Counted from the first letter of the stretch, positions 48,936 to 58,351 are shown. The stretch is 64,000 bases of DNA from Planktothricoides raciborskii GIHE-MW2 (GCF_040564635.1 NZ_CP159837.1:35801-99800), one strand, 5' to 3'. The notes: a model not told the origin generated them from the letters alone. A program made the numbers and translations.

Positions 48936-49207
48936 TACGCCACCTCCATTTCTGCAAAGGTGGACGCCATAGCTTCAACTAAATCTGAGTCAGCATCTGG
49001 GTTGTTCTTCTCCCAGTTCTGTACTCGGATGTTTGCGTTGTGCAGGATTTGGGCAGCTTGAAATAGACGATCGCAACAAGAGTGCAATTCTTCTGGAAGT
49101 GCTTCGAGCGCTTGTTGAATGGCAGATTCAGCATCCGCCAGTCCGCAGATAAACTCACGGCGGTCAGCCGAGTCGTCAAACCCGGACAAAATTTCTGATA
49201 TATTCAT
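48935..49207 (-). CDS. Hypothetical acidic protein (90 aa).
   Basis: ORF. First gene of the three-gene operon. Confidence 0.45.
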   Translation of the reverse strand: MNISEILSGFDDSADRREFICGLADAESAIQQALEALPEELHSCCDRLFQAAQILHNANIRVQNWEKNNPDADSDLVEAMASTFAEMEVA

Positions 49208-49476
49208 GGAGAATCTCCAATTTGGAAGGTTCAGAGATGCCCGTGTCAGTGTGTGTCGCCAAACTCAGCACTGATGCGGGTCTTAAAGTTTTTATGGCTT
49301 ACATCAACGCGACCATCAGGGTCAGCCTCTACCCATTCGCGGGTGGGCTTGTTTTTGCTTGCCTGGGTTTATTATAACATCAATAGTTGTATTAGTCAAT
49401 TTTTAGTTTGTATTTATCCATACATTGTGTTATCTAATTAGGCTATTATATATGTGACGTTTTAAGAGTTACACTG

Positions 49477-49752
49477 ATGATGTACATTAATAAACTGCCA
49501 AGTGTGATTGACTGGAGACTAAATGAACTGATGGCAAAATATGACATCAAAGGGGTCGATTTAGCCGCCAAGCTTCAAATTTCTACTAATGCTGTATCTA
49601 GAATGCGGAGAGCAAAAGATATGCCTGGGTTCTCAGGGAAAAGACTAGGGCAACTCTGTGATGCTCTAAATGATTTGATAAAAGAGTCTGGTCAAAATGC
49701 CATCATTACCCCGGCTGAACTGCTTAATTACACTTACAGCGATGCGGCGTAA
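49477..49752 (+). CDS. HTH (XRE/Cro-like) regulator of the element.
   Basis: 91 aa. DLAAKLQISTNAVSRMRR is a helix-turn-helix. Confidence 0.5.
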   Translation: MMYINKLPSVIDWRLNELMAKYDIKGVDLAAKLQISTNAVSRMRRAKDMPGFSGKRLGQLCDALNDLIKESGQNAIITPAELLNYTYSDAA

Positions 49753-49839
49753 CCCCCCCAAATTCAAGAGATGCGATCGCTTTCGCGGCGCGGATGCGCT
49801 ATCCCCCCTAAGTCAGGGGGTTTTTTGTTGAGGTATGTT

Positions 49840-50105
49840 AACAGTGATAACAGCGTTATGTTAACAGTGATAACAGCGTTATGTTAACAGTGATAACAGT
49901 CAGTAGCTACCGGGATTCCGGTACTAGATTTGGTTCAGGCAAAAATGGGAAATACAACAACAGATATACCAACACAACAATGTTAACAGCGTTACCAGGT
50001 ATGTTAACAGCGTTACCAGTTATGTCAACAGTGATAACAGCGTTATGTCAACAGTGATAACAGTGAAAACAGGTATGTTAGGATAACACTGTCAACACTG
50101 TCAAC
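49840..50105. repeat. Iteron array: about 8 direct copies of the ~22-bp unit ATGTTAACAGTGATAACAGCGTT and variants (ATGTCAACAGTGATAACAG, ACACTGTCAAC).
   Basis: Direct reading. Sits immediately upstream of the RHH-like gene. Confidence 0.85.
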
Positions 50106-50106
50106 A

Positions 50107-50373
50107 TTGTTAATGGCTAATCCTATTTTTGCTTGCCGGATTCCTGACGATGACTTGCAAGCTTTCCGCGAGATATGCAAACGGTACAACTTAGACCCGG
50201 GTGAAGTGGTCAAGCGGTTTATATCGGATTCTGTCCGTGAGGGGGTTTTACCAGACAGAATCCTAGATACATCAAGTGAATCTCTGACACTGCATGAGCG
50301 AGTAGCACGGCTTGAGGCGCGGATTGACGCCCTAGAAACTGAAAAAAAGCAATTCCCCCCGCTTGCGGCATAA
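50107..50373 (+). CDS. Ribbon-helix-helix-like small regulator (possible iteron-binding or copy-control protein).
   Basis: 88 aa. The N-terminus reads ACRIPDDDLQAFREICKRYNLDPGEVVKRFI, a beta-strand plus two helices. The C-terminus is coiled-coil. The opposite-strand ORF 50043-50525 is judged an artefact. Confidence 0.45.
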   Translation: MLMANPIFACRIPDDDLQAFREICKRYNLDPGEVVKRFISDSVREGVLPDRILDTSSESLTLHERVARLEARIDALETEKKQFPPLAA

Positions 50374-51089
50374 GCCCCCCGGCTTGTCTCTCTGACCAAG
50401 ATTTTCGCATCCGTTACCCCGGCTATCCGCCAAAAGGGTGGGGCGATCGCATGAATCCCTTGACCACCCCCGACGGTTGCCAGTGGGAATCTCGTACCCA
50501 AGGCCGGATAAGAGAGTGGCATCAACTATAAAATCTTTGCCCCCTACTTTGGGGGTTTTTTGTTGGGAGCCGAGGCCGGTGGCTTGATATAGCTGTGTTA
50601 CGGTAACTTCCACCAAACGGTGGTAGTGAGGTAGTTCCATTATTGGAATTCCAATAATGCCTGAAAGTGGACAACTTCAAATTCCCTGAGACGGCGGCGT
50701 TTCGGGTGCGAAATACGTTTCAGGATTATCTGAAATAAAGTTCACACTGGATTAATACGGGGATTCCCGTATTGAGGGTGTGCTTAGTCAGCACACCCCT
50801 GGTGGAACTCCGAAGTGAGAATCTACATTAAATCCATTGCCGGGATTTGTAAACGATTTGCTGACGATTTGCTGACGATTTGCTGACGATTATTGTCAGC
50901 AGCTAAAAAGCTTACTACGCAAGGAATCTAGAGAATTACTAGGGTGTTGCTGACATTGCTGACGATTTTCACTGTTTTGTCCGCCGAAAGCACGGTTGGA
51001 TAAATCAGATAGGCAACATTTAGGCTCCGCTTAACTTTAAGCTTTAAAACCCTTATATATCAAGAGTTTAGCAACGTCCCAAGCTTCTT

Positions 51090-51128
51090 ATAAGCCCTTG
51101 GTCGCGTGTTCAAATCACGCCTGAGCCA
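51090..51128 (+). other. attR: 39-bp exact duplicate of the 3' half of tRNA-Met (positions 40476-40514).
   Basis: ATAAGCCCTTGGTCGCGTGTTCAAATCACGCCTGAGCCA is identical at both sites. Confidence 0.9.
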
Positions 51129-51134
51129 TATACA

Positions 51135-51168
51135 CCGCAAGGGTTTCAGCCCTTGCGGTATTTTTTTG
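51135..51168 (+). terminator. Rho-independent terminator (probably the original tRNA terminator).
   Basis: ACCGCAAGGG-loop-CCCTTGCGGT followed by ATTTTTTTG. Confidence 0.65.
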
Positions 51169-51331
51169 TCCCGCACCATGCTACGATTTTGTTACGGTTT
51201 TTATACTTTTAAAAAGTGAAACTCCCTATCTGCAAGGCTTAGGGAGATTTTGTTACGATTTTGCTACAATTTTGCTATATTTTGGCTCTAAACGCAGCAA
51301 GCACATCGTCGAATGGCAATAGACTGGCGGC

Positions 51332-53176
51332 TTATTTTCTTTGATTGGTCATCAGTTTATGGGCAAGGTGCTGAGAGAAAAGTGGATGAATGAAGCGATA
51401 AGCAAAATGGTTATAACTCCGCTGACGACCGCTGGGGATTCCTTTAATTTGTTGGAGAAATAAACAGGTTTTGCCATCGTTGAGCAATTGCCGATATTGC
51501 CAAGGAATGCGCCGGTTAAACCAAAGAATTAGATGTAGGGAAAATTGGTGAATTTCTGCGATTCCCCCAAAGGCGATCGCTAATAAAATACCGATGACCA
51601 TACCACCAATGCACAGTTGCCACCCTTGAAAGTTTTTCCCTTGTAATATCCATAGAATCCATAACCAAAATATGCCCATTGGCAGAGTAATTGTGCCGTA
51701 TGGCAGTAAATTTTTTAGCCATTGTTTTGCGGGGCGATCGCCGCCTCTAATTTGGTAAAGTAGCTGTGATTCGGTTGATGAAAATCCTCCGGTAAACAAG
51801 CTTACAAGGGCAAAAATTAACCCACCATTGACGGCAAATAGCAATCCATAAATTAGTCCCGAATCTTTGCCTAAAATTTGCCCAAATATATTCCCGGAAA
51901 TTACGCCACAAATTACCGCAGATACCAGGGTTCCTACTGCGGCTATGATGCAGTTTTGTTGAGTAAAAGAAAAAGCCGGTTTTGGGGGAATTAAATATTG
52001 CCTAAAAATCCCGGCAATGACTCCCATGATGCCTCCCAGACTTGCCCCAAAGACAAATCCAAAGGTGCGATCGAAGATTACCCAAAAAATTACCCCGGCA
52101 ATTCCCCCAGCAATTAACGCCATAATTAAGATACTGAGAATTTTTTCTAACGGGTTTTCTAGCCAGCTATCTTCTAAATGATAAAATTCCGGTTGCTTTT
52201 GGTTAAGAGATTTTTGCGCTAACCAAGAAAGCGATCGAAATATATCTTTTTTTGATAACTTTTCCTCGGTGTGATTATCACTTTTATGCATAATTTTTAG
52301 ACCTGTTCTTACATAAGCATCCCAAAGATAGCTAAGTCTTTCTGACTGATTTTTACCCGCTTGCCATTCTGGGAGATTAATTTCTCTAGCGGCGATAATG
52401 ATTAAATTTAAAAATAGTGGTATTTCGGCAATTTGAGTTAAATTAGGATTTGGGTGAATGCCATTCCATAAATATTCACAGTCACTTTGGACTAAATAAT
52501 GATAAACCGAGTTTAGGGTGAGGGGCTGTAAGTCGATGCAACGATCAATATTAACAATAGATAGCTGAGTTTGCTGCGGGTTTAGTCCCGCACAAATCAC
52601 TAAGCTTCCTGACCAATGATGGCATAAAAAGTGATTTATTTGTTGGATAAATTTATCCGCTGCATGGTCGTCTAGTTCATCTAATCCATCAAATAAAATA
52701 ATCACTTGATCCGGTTTAAGTAAATTTTTGGCCGTTTGCCGATTTAGGTGATATTTTAGTTTGAGCATAGACAGAATCCAAGAGGCGATCGCCGGTTGGT
52801 TATTTTGCCAAGAGGAAATATCCAGTAAAATTGGCAATGGTACACCTGAATTGTTCATTGCCCGGTTGAGCAATTCCTTGGCTAACTGTAAAAGTAACGT
52901 AGTTTTACCCGAACCCTGCACCCCCCGAATCAAAATTTTTTCGGGAATTGACGAATCAACCAAAATTTCGGCAATATTGGCTGATTTTAACAGCGGTGCT
53001 TCTGATTTATTTCCCCGATATCGGTAAATTTTTCCAGGAATATCTAGAGGACAAGGTTTGGTTTTTGGGTCGATATTTCTTTGATAAATTCGCTGATGTA
53101 AAGCTTGGTGAAGTCGCGATTCAACTTCTAGATGAATGGCTTTTAGCAGAATTTCTAGCAGGCGATCGCTGCTCAT
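51332..53176 (-). CDS. NACHT-domain STAND NTPase fused to a C-terminal six-helix transmembrane domain.
   Basis: 614 aa. Walker A is GVQGSGKTTLL. Walker B is VIILFDGLDELDD (the NACHT DGxDE). The C-terminal ~270 aa has six Gly-rich hydrophobic helices. Antisense ORFs 52761-53027 and 52948-53178 are artefacts. Confidence 0.85.
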   Translation of the reverse strand: MSSDRLLEILLKAIHLEVESRLHQALHQRIYQRNIDPKTKPCPLDIPGKIYRYRGNKSEAPLLKSANIAEILVDSSIPEKILIRGVQGSGKTTLLLQLAKELLNRAMNNSGVPLPILLDISSWQNNQPAIASWILSMLKLKYHLNRQTAKNLLKPDQVIILFDGLDELDDHAADKFIQQINHFLCHHWSGSLVICAGLNPQQTQLSIVNIDRCIDLQPLTLNSVYHYLVQSDCEYLWNGIHPNPNLTQIAEIPLFLNLIIIAAREINLPEWQAGKNQSERLSYLWDAYVRTGLKIMHKSDNHTEEKLSKKDIFRSLSWLAQKSLNQKQPEFYHLEDSWLENPLEKILSILIMALIAGGIAGVIFWVIFDRTFGFVFGASLGGIMGVIAGIFRQYLIPPKPAFSFTQQNCIIAAVGTLVSAVICGVISGNIFGQILGKDSGLIYGLLFAVNGGLIFALVSLFTGGFSSTESQLLYQIRGGDRPAKQWLKNLLPYGTITLPMGIFWLWILWILQGKNFQGWQLCIGGMVIGILLAIAFGGIAEIHQFSLHLILWFNRRIPWQYRQLLNDGKTCLFLQQIKGIPSGRQRSYNHFAYRFIHPLFSQHLAHKLMTNQRK

Positions 53177-53299
53177 AATTATTTCTCCAATATAATTTGA
53201 TTAATTTACCTTCATTTTAAAATAACTTGAGCGATCAGGGCAACCTCAAGGGTCAGAAATTGCCCGATTTTTCCAGGGAATAGCAAATTGGGATATCTA

Positions 53300-53640
53300 A
53301 TGGATATAAATAATATAAATAATATAAATATACATATAAATATACCCGTCCTGGCGAAGCATTCGCGGATATACCTCTACGACAAATACAACGGTTTTAT
53401 GCTGTATATAAATATACCCGTCCTGGCGAAGCATTCGCGGATATACCTCTACGACAAATACAATCGTTTTCGTTCCGGTAAGCTTTCGCCATGCCAAAGG
53501 CTATATGCTTTGCCTCTACATATACGCAAATACAACGGTTTTATGCTGTATATAAATATAGTCCGAAGGGCGAAGCATTCGCGGATATATTTCTACGAAA
53601 AATACAATGGTTTTCGGCGCGAATGCTTTGCCCCTACTAC
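53300..53640. repeat. Tandem ~70-bp repeats (3-4 copies), each containing the palindrome GGCGAAGCATTCGCGG and ACAAATACAACGGTTTTATGCTGTATATAAATAT.
   Basis: Direct reading. Track ORFs 53288-53665 and 53297-53497 are artefacts. Confidence 0.85.
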
Positions 53641-53790
53641 ATCTAGGCAAATACAACGATTTTAACGGCAATTGGTTAAATTGCTCGATCAAACGCTATA
53701 ATAAATTATACCAATTTCCTGTAATCCAGAAACAAATCTCTAAGCTTATCAAGCGATCGGGAGGTTTGGGGAGATATAAAAACGAATCCT

Positions 53791-55263
53791 ATGTCTAATT
53801 CTGAACCACTTTCTGATAGTGCAATTAATGGCCAAACAAATCCAGAAGACCGGGAACTGGAAGAAGCCATTTTAACTTTTGCGGATATTCAAGCCGACCT
53901 GAACTATAAACAAGCGAAAGACTCCCTAAGAGAATTAGTCATTCATCTTGATTTAACCCCCAAAGAACGGGAGGGGTTAGAGTCAGAAATTAGCGGCTTA
54001 GAAACCATGCTGGATAAATTAGAACGCACCGTAGTTCAGATTGCAGTATTTGGCATGGTGGGACGGGGAAAATCTTCTTTACTGAATGCTTTAGTCGGGG
54101 AAAATATCTTTGAAACAGGGCCAATTCATGGGGTGACACGCACTATTCAAGGAGTGAATTGGCGACTAGATCGATTTTCTGGCGATCGCGGCAATATTAC
54201 TCAATTAACCCTTTCTGGCGTGGGGAATTCTCAAATAGAATTGATTGATACTCCGGGAATTGATGAAGTAGACGGAGAAACTCGCGAAACTTTAGCACGG
54301 AACTTAGCCGCGAAAGCAGATTTAATTTTATTTGCTTGTGCGGGGGATATTACCAAAGTCGAATATCGCGCCCTTTCCCAACTCAGAGATGCGGGAAAAC
54401 CGATGTTATTAGTCTTTAATAAAATCGACCAATACCCGGAAGCTGACCGATTAGCGATTTATGAAACTATTCGCGATCGCCGAGTCCGCGAAATCTTATC
54501 TCCCGATGAAATTGTCATGGCTGCCGCCGCACCTTTAGTCGCCACGGCGGTTAAAAGACCCGATGGCACTTTTGGGGTAAAAATGGAACGGGGACAGCCA
54601 CAAATTGAGGAATTAAAGTTAAAAATATTAGAAATATTAGACCGAGAAGGTAAATCTTTGGTCGCCTTAAATACCATGCTGTATGCGGGAGAAGTGAATG
54701 AGCAATTAGTCGAAAGAAAAATGAAAATTCGGGAAACCGCCGCCAACCGAGTTATCTGGAATGCCGCGATCGCCAAAGCCCTAGCCGTAGCCCTCAACCC
54801 CGTCACCATCATCGATCTTCTCAGTGGGGCGGCGATCGATGTCACCACCATCCTCACCTTATCCCGACTTTACGGCATTCCCATGACCCAACAGGGCGCC
54901 ATCAACCTGCTGCAAAAAATCGCCCTCAGCATGGGTGGCATCACCGCCAGCGAACTCCTAGCCAACCTGGGACTATCCTCCCTCAAAGGCTTATTGGGCA
55001 TTGCTGCCCCCGCCACAGGTGGCGCCTCCTTAGCCCCCTATCTTTCCGTGGCCATCACCCAAGCCGGAGTAGCTGGGGTGTCCTCCTACGGTATCGGTCA
55101 AGTCACAAAAGCCTATCTCGCGAATGGGGCATCCTGGGGGCCTGATGGACCAAAAGCGGTGGTGAGTCGGATTATTGAATCCCTCGATGAAACCTCAATT
55201 ATGGGTCGAATCAAAGCCGAATTACAAGATAAATTATTTGGGCAGAAATTAGAGCTAGATTAA
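53791..55263 (+). CDS. GTPase with a C-terminal hydrophobic DUF697-like domain.
   Basis: 490 aa. G1 is GMVGRGKSSLLNAL, G3 is DTPG, G4 is NKID. The C-terminal half is Ala/Gly-rich and hydrophobic. Confidence 0.85.
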   Translation: MSNSEPLSDSAINGQTNPEDRELEEAILTFADIQADLNYKQAKDSLRELVIHLDLTPKEREGLESEISGLETMLDKLERTVVQIAVFGMVGRGKSSLLNALVGENIFETGPIHGVTRTIQGVNWRLDRFSGDRGNITQLTLSGVGNSQIELIDTPGIDEVDGETRETLARNLAAKADLILFACAGDITKVEYRALSQLRDAGKPMLLVFNKIDQYPEADRLAIYETIRDRRVREILSPDEIVMAAAAPLVATAVKRPDGTFGVKMERGQPQIEELKLKILEILDREGKSLVALNTMLYAGEVNEQLVERKMKIRETAANRVIWNAAIAKALAVALNPVTIIDLLSGAAIDVTTILTLSRLYGIPMTQQGAINLLQKIALSMGGITASELLANLGLSSLKGLLGIAAPATGGASLAPYLSVAITQAGVAGVSSYGIGQVTKAYLANGASWGPDGPKAVVSRIIESLDETSIMGRIKAELQDKLFGQKLELD

Positions 55264-55265
55264 AG

Positions 55266-55350
55266 TAAATCAGAAACCAGAAATTCAGAAACCGGGTTTC
55301 TTTAATAAACCTTGGCTAACCAGCAAAAATTATCGCAAAAACCCGGTTTA
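55266..55350. repeat. MITE-like unit: GAAACCGGGTTTC ... AAAACCCGGTTT flanking ~40 bp, homologous to the units at 1800-1945.
   Basis: cagaaaccgggtttctttaataaaccttggctaaccagcaaaaattatcgcaaaaacccggttt. Confidence 0.8.
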
Positions 55351-55472
55351 TTCCTAAACTCCTTTGTGTCCTCTGTGTCTTTGTGGTGAATTATTCATTA
55401 ATGCCAATGGGCAAATTTATCCAGATGATGTAAGAATCTTTATATTTTAGTCGCAGGGAATCTGCCTTAATT

Positions 55473-56039
55473 ATGTCTCTCAAACCCGATCGCATCCTAG
55501 TCATTGACATTGAAGCAACTTGTTGGTCAGGAAAAATTCCCCCAGGACAAGAAAGTGAAATCATAGAAATTGGCATTGCCACCCTAGAAATTACTTCCGG
55601 TCAACCTTTAGAAAAAGATAGCATCTTAGTCCAACCCACTCGCTCAACGGTCAGTGAATTTTGCACCCAATTAACCACCATAACTCCAGCCCAAGTCAAC
55701 CAAGGAATCCCCTTTGCGGAAGCTTGCCAAATTCTCCAGAAAAAATATCATGCCCCTGACCGGATTTGGGCTAGTTACGGCGAATACGATCGCACCCAAT
55801 TCACCAAACAATGTCAAGCCTTTGGGGTTAAATATCCCTTTAACCCGCGACATATCAATGTCAAAAACTTATTCGCCATTATTTATGATTTGCCCAAAGA
55901 GGTAGGCATGAGTCAAGCCCTAGAAATGCTCAATATCCCCTTAGAAGGAACCCACCACCGAGGCATTGATGATGCTTGGAATATTGCCAAAATCTTATCT
56001 CATTTAATTCTCAAAGCCAGAAATCAAAACTTTCATTAA
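55473..56039 (+). CDS. DEDDh 3'-5' exonuclease (DnaQ/ERI-1-like).
   Basis: 188 aa. Exo I is ILVIDIEATCW. Exo III reads HHRGIDDAWNIAKI. Confidence 0.8.
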   Translation: MSLKPDRILVIDIEATCWSGKIPPGQESEIIEIGIATLEITSGQPLEKDSILVQPTRSTVSEFCTQLTTITPAQVNQGIPFAEACQILQKKYHAPDRIWASYGEYDRTQFTKQCQAFGVKYPFNPRHINVKNLFAIIYDLPKEVGMSQALEMLNIPLEGTHHRGIDDAWNIAKILSHLILKARNQNFH

Positions 56040-56094
56040 ATGTAGGTGTAATTGTACAGCGGTTTTCAGATTACTAAACCACGATCAGGCCTGC

Positions 56095-56290
56095 GCCCAA
56101 GCGTAGGGGCGAATGGCCATTCGCCCCTACAGTTAATATTCTAAGTCATAATTTGTCTGCCGGAATGCTTCGCCCCTACAGGTGTTTGTGGTTTATTCAA
56201 TAGAAAAGCGCTGTAAACCCGACACCTCTTACCCTGAGCCTGCCGAAGGGCGACACCTCTTACCCTGAGCCTGCCGAAGGGCGACACCCT
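56095..56290. repeat. Repeat cluster: the 28-bp perfect palindrome GTAGGGGCGAATGGCCATTCGCCCCTAC, AATGCTTCGCCCCTACAG, and a 2x ~37-bp tandem (CGACACCTCTTACCCTGAGCCTGCCGAAGGG).
   Basis: Direct reading. The same 28-bp palindrome occurs at 18417-18444. Confidence 0.85.
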
Positions 56291-56348
56291 ACACAAATAC
56301 CTCAAAATAAATATCTAAAAAAAATCTCGCAGAGGCGATCGCTGATGA

Positions 56349-57416
56349 ATGTACCATAAACTCATAAATCAGCCAGCCCCAGAAACAACTATGGCAAAAA
56401 AGAAACAACCAACCATGAAAGCTGTGGTAATGACCGAAGCGGGGGGGCCAGAAGTGCTGCAACTGCAAGAAGTGCCCCGCCCCACAATAGAAAAAGACAC
56501 CGACCTATTAGTGCGCCTCTATGCCGCCGGAATCAACCCCATTGACACCAAACTCCGCAAACGCGGCACCTTTTACCCCGACCAAACCCCAACTATTCTA
56601 GGCTGTGACGGGGCCGGAGTCGTCGAAGCCGTTGGGGAAGCGGTGGAACGGTTCCAAGTCGGGGACGAAATCTACTTCTGCCAAGGTGGACTCGGTGGGT
56701 CAAAAGGTAACTATGCCGAATATGCCGTAGTCGATGAACGGTTTGTCGCCAAAAAACCGACCACCGTCAGCTTTGCCCAAGCTGCCGCTGCGCCCTTAGT
56801 CCTAATCACCGCCTGGGAATCCCTCTACGATCGCGCCCGAATCGATGCCGGTCAAAAAGTCTTAATTCATGCCGGGGCAGGGGGCGTCGGTCACGTTGCC
56901 ATCCAACTCGCCAAACTCAAAGGGGCTGAAGTCTGCACCACCGTTTCCTCCGAGGAAAAAGCCGCCTTTGTCCGCAACATGGGGGCAGACCTAGCCATCA
57001 ACTACAAACAGAAAGATTTTGTCGAAGCGGTCTTAGAATGGACCCACGGCGAAGGAGTAGATATCGCCTTTGACACCGTAGGTGGTGAACTATTTGAAAA
57101 AACCTTTCCCGCTGTCAAAATTTATGGCGATATCGTAACAATTTTGTCCCCGGATCCGAGCACCAACTGGACTGTTGCCAGAAATCGCAATCTGCGGATG
57201 AGCATAGAACTGATGCTGACCCCCATGTTGGAAAATAATGTTCACTACCAGCAAGATCAGGCGACCATGTTACGAGATTGTGCCCGCATGATCGACAAAG
57301 GATCGTTAAAAATTCAGTTAACCAAGACTTTCCCCTTAGCAGAAGCAGCACAGGCACATACTTTGTTAGAGCAAGGTTCCATAACGGGTAAATTGGTTTT
57401 GGTTATGGACAGTTAA
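56349..57416 (+). CDS. Zinc-type alcohol dehydrogenase / NADPH:quinone oxidoreductase (MDR superfamily).
   Basis: Reads MKAVVMTEAGGPEVLQL, GCDGAGVVEAVG and the Rossmann motif HAGAGGVGHVAIQLAK. The true start is probably 56391 or 56415. Confidence 0.85.
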   Translation: MYHKLINQPAPETTMAKKKQPTMKAVVMTEAGGPEVLQLQEVPRPTIEKDTDLLVRLYAAGINPIDTKLRKRGTFYPDQTPTILGCDGAGVVEAVGEAVERFQVGDEIYFCQGGLGGSKGNYAEYAVVDERFVAKKPTTVSFAQAAAAPLVLITAWESLYDRARIDAGQKVLIHAGAGGVGHVAIQLAKLKGAEVCTTVSSEEKAAFVRNMGADLAINYKQKDFVEAVLEWTHGEGVDIAFDTVGGELFEKTFPAVKIYGDIVTILSPDPSTNWTVARNRNLRMSIELMLTPMLENNVHYQQDQATMLRDCARMIDKGSLKIQLTKTFPLAEAAQAHTLLEQGSITGKLVLVMDS

Positions 57417-58351
57417 ACCTTTTTCGTAATTGATTATTAGTTATTGGTTATTGGTGATGCTTGATTAAATAAAAAGTAACCAATAACTAATAATCAACAA
57501 CCAATCAGATAGCCACAAATATAAAGATTTTCTGAGATAACTTGCCTAAATTCTCCGTAGGATATATATCTATAGCTATAGAGTGATAAAAATTTCATTG
57601 AAAAAATCAGATTTCCGCATCCACAGAGCCTGTCAAGAGTAATTTGTGCCAAGTTGCCTCAAGATGGCAGAGCCGTTGAGCAATTCATAACTGCAAGTTA
57701 TCCTGATTTTTGGGAAAATAATTGAAAATCCTAGAAATCTCAAAGAAATGCTTTTGCTGTACTTTATTTAAACTGAAAAATTAATTTGGATCTAAAAAAT
57801 ACACCTTGGAGTATAGATAATATGAAAAAAAATTTAGATGATTACCAGGGTTCAATTTCTCAAAGGACAAAAAAGCATCGGCGATCGCTCAACCAATAGC
57901 ATCGGTTTCTCTCTCTGAAAGAAGCTTATTTATCAAATTGCGGCGTTATCATCATAATTTATTTGACAAAATAGTTGATCTTGATAAATTTGATGAATCT
58001 GCTCCAACCAAAGAATTAAAAAATGATTATAATTTACCCGAAAAAAGCATCAATTTGACATCAATTTGCTTTTTTATCAGAGGAGTATAAACAACAAATA
58101 GAGATCCAGGAAGCTTTACTAGCCAATCAGAAATAGTTAGCCGAAAGATATGAAAATTTATTTAATAAATATAACCAAAAACTGAGGGAGCCAAATCTGA
58201 CCGATCGCCAGCGCAACCGATATCAGAAATTATGGACTCACCTCCCAACCCCCCCTTCAAAGGGGGGGCAATAACTAACAACCCGATGGCGGTCAAAGGG
58301 GGGCAACAACCAAAGAATCCCTGCCCAATAACTAACAACAAATAACCAAAT

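Larger units (their letters stand above)
40476..51128. mobile_element. Integrated ~10.65-kb plasmid/P4-like element inserted into the 3' end of tRNA-Met. It is bounded by 39-bp direct repeats: attL 40476-40514 within the tRNA and attR 51090-51128.
   Basis: The attR is an exact 39-bp copy of the tRNA 3' half. A tyrosine integrase gene is adjacent to attL. Cargo comprises an AlpA-like excisionase, a DUF3987 protein, a TraD/FtsK-like ATPase, ParM/ParR, an HTH and an RHH regulator, and iterons. Confidence 0.8.

Noticed and set aside
49840-50105. Possible CRISPR array (short direct repeats)
   Set aside because: The repeats are contiguous or overlapping with no unique spacers of uniform length, and the unit is only ~22 bp. 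This is an iteron-type array, not repeat-spacer architecture. No cas genes are nearby.
50043-50525. Minus-strand 160-aa ORF antisense to the RHH gene
   Set aside because: The plus-strand ORF has an RHH-like N-terminus and sits right after the iterons. The minus ORF is Ser/Arg-rich low complexity, typical of an antisense artefact.
53288-53665. ORFs 53288-53665 and 53297-53497
   Set aside because: They lie entirely in ~70-bp tandem palindromic repeats, with repetitive low-complexity translations.
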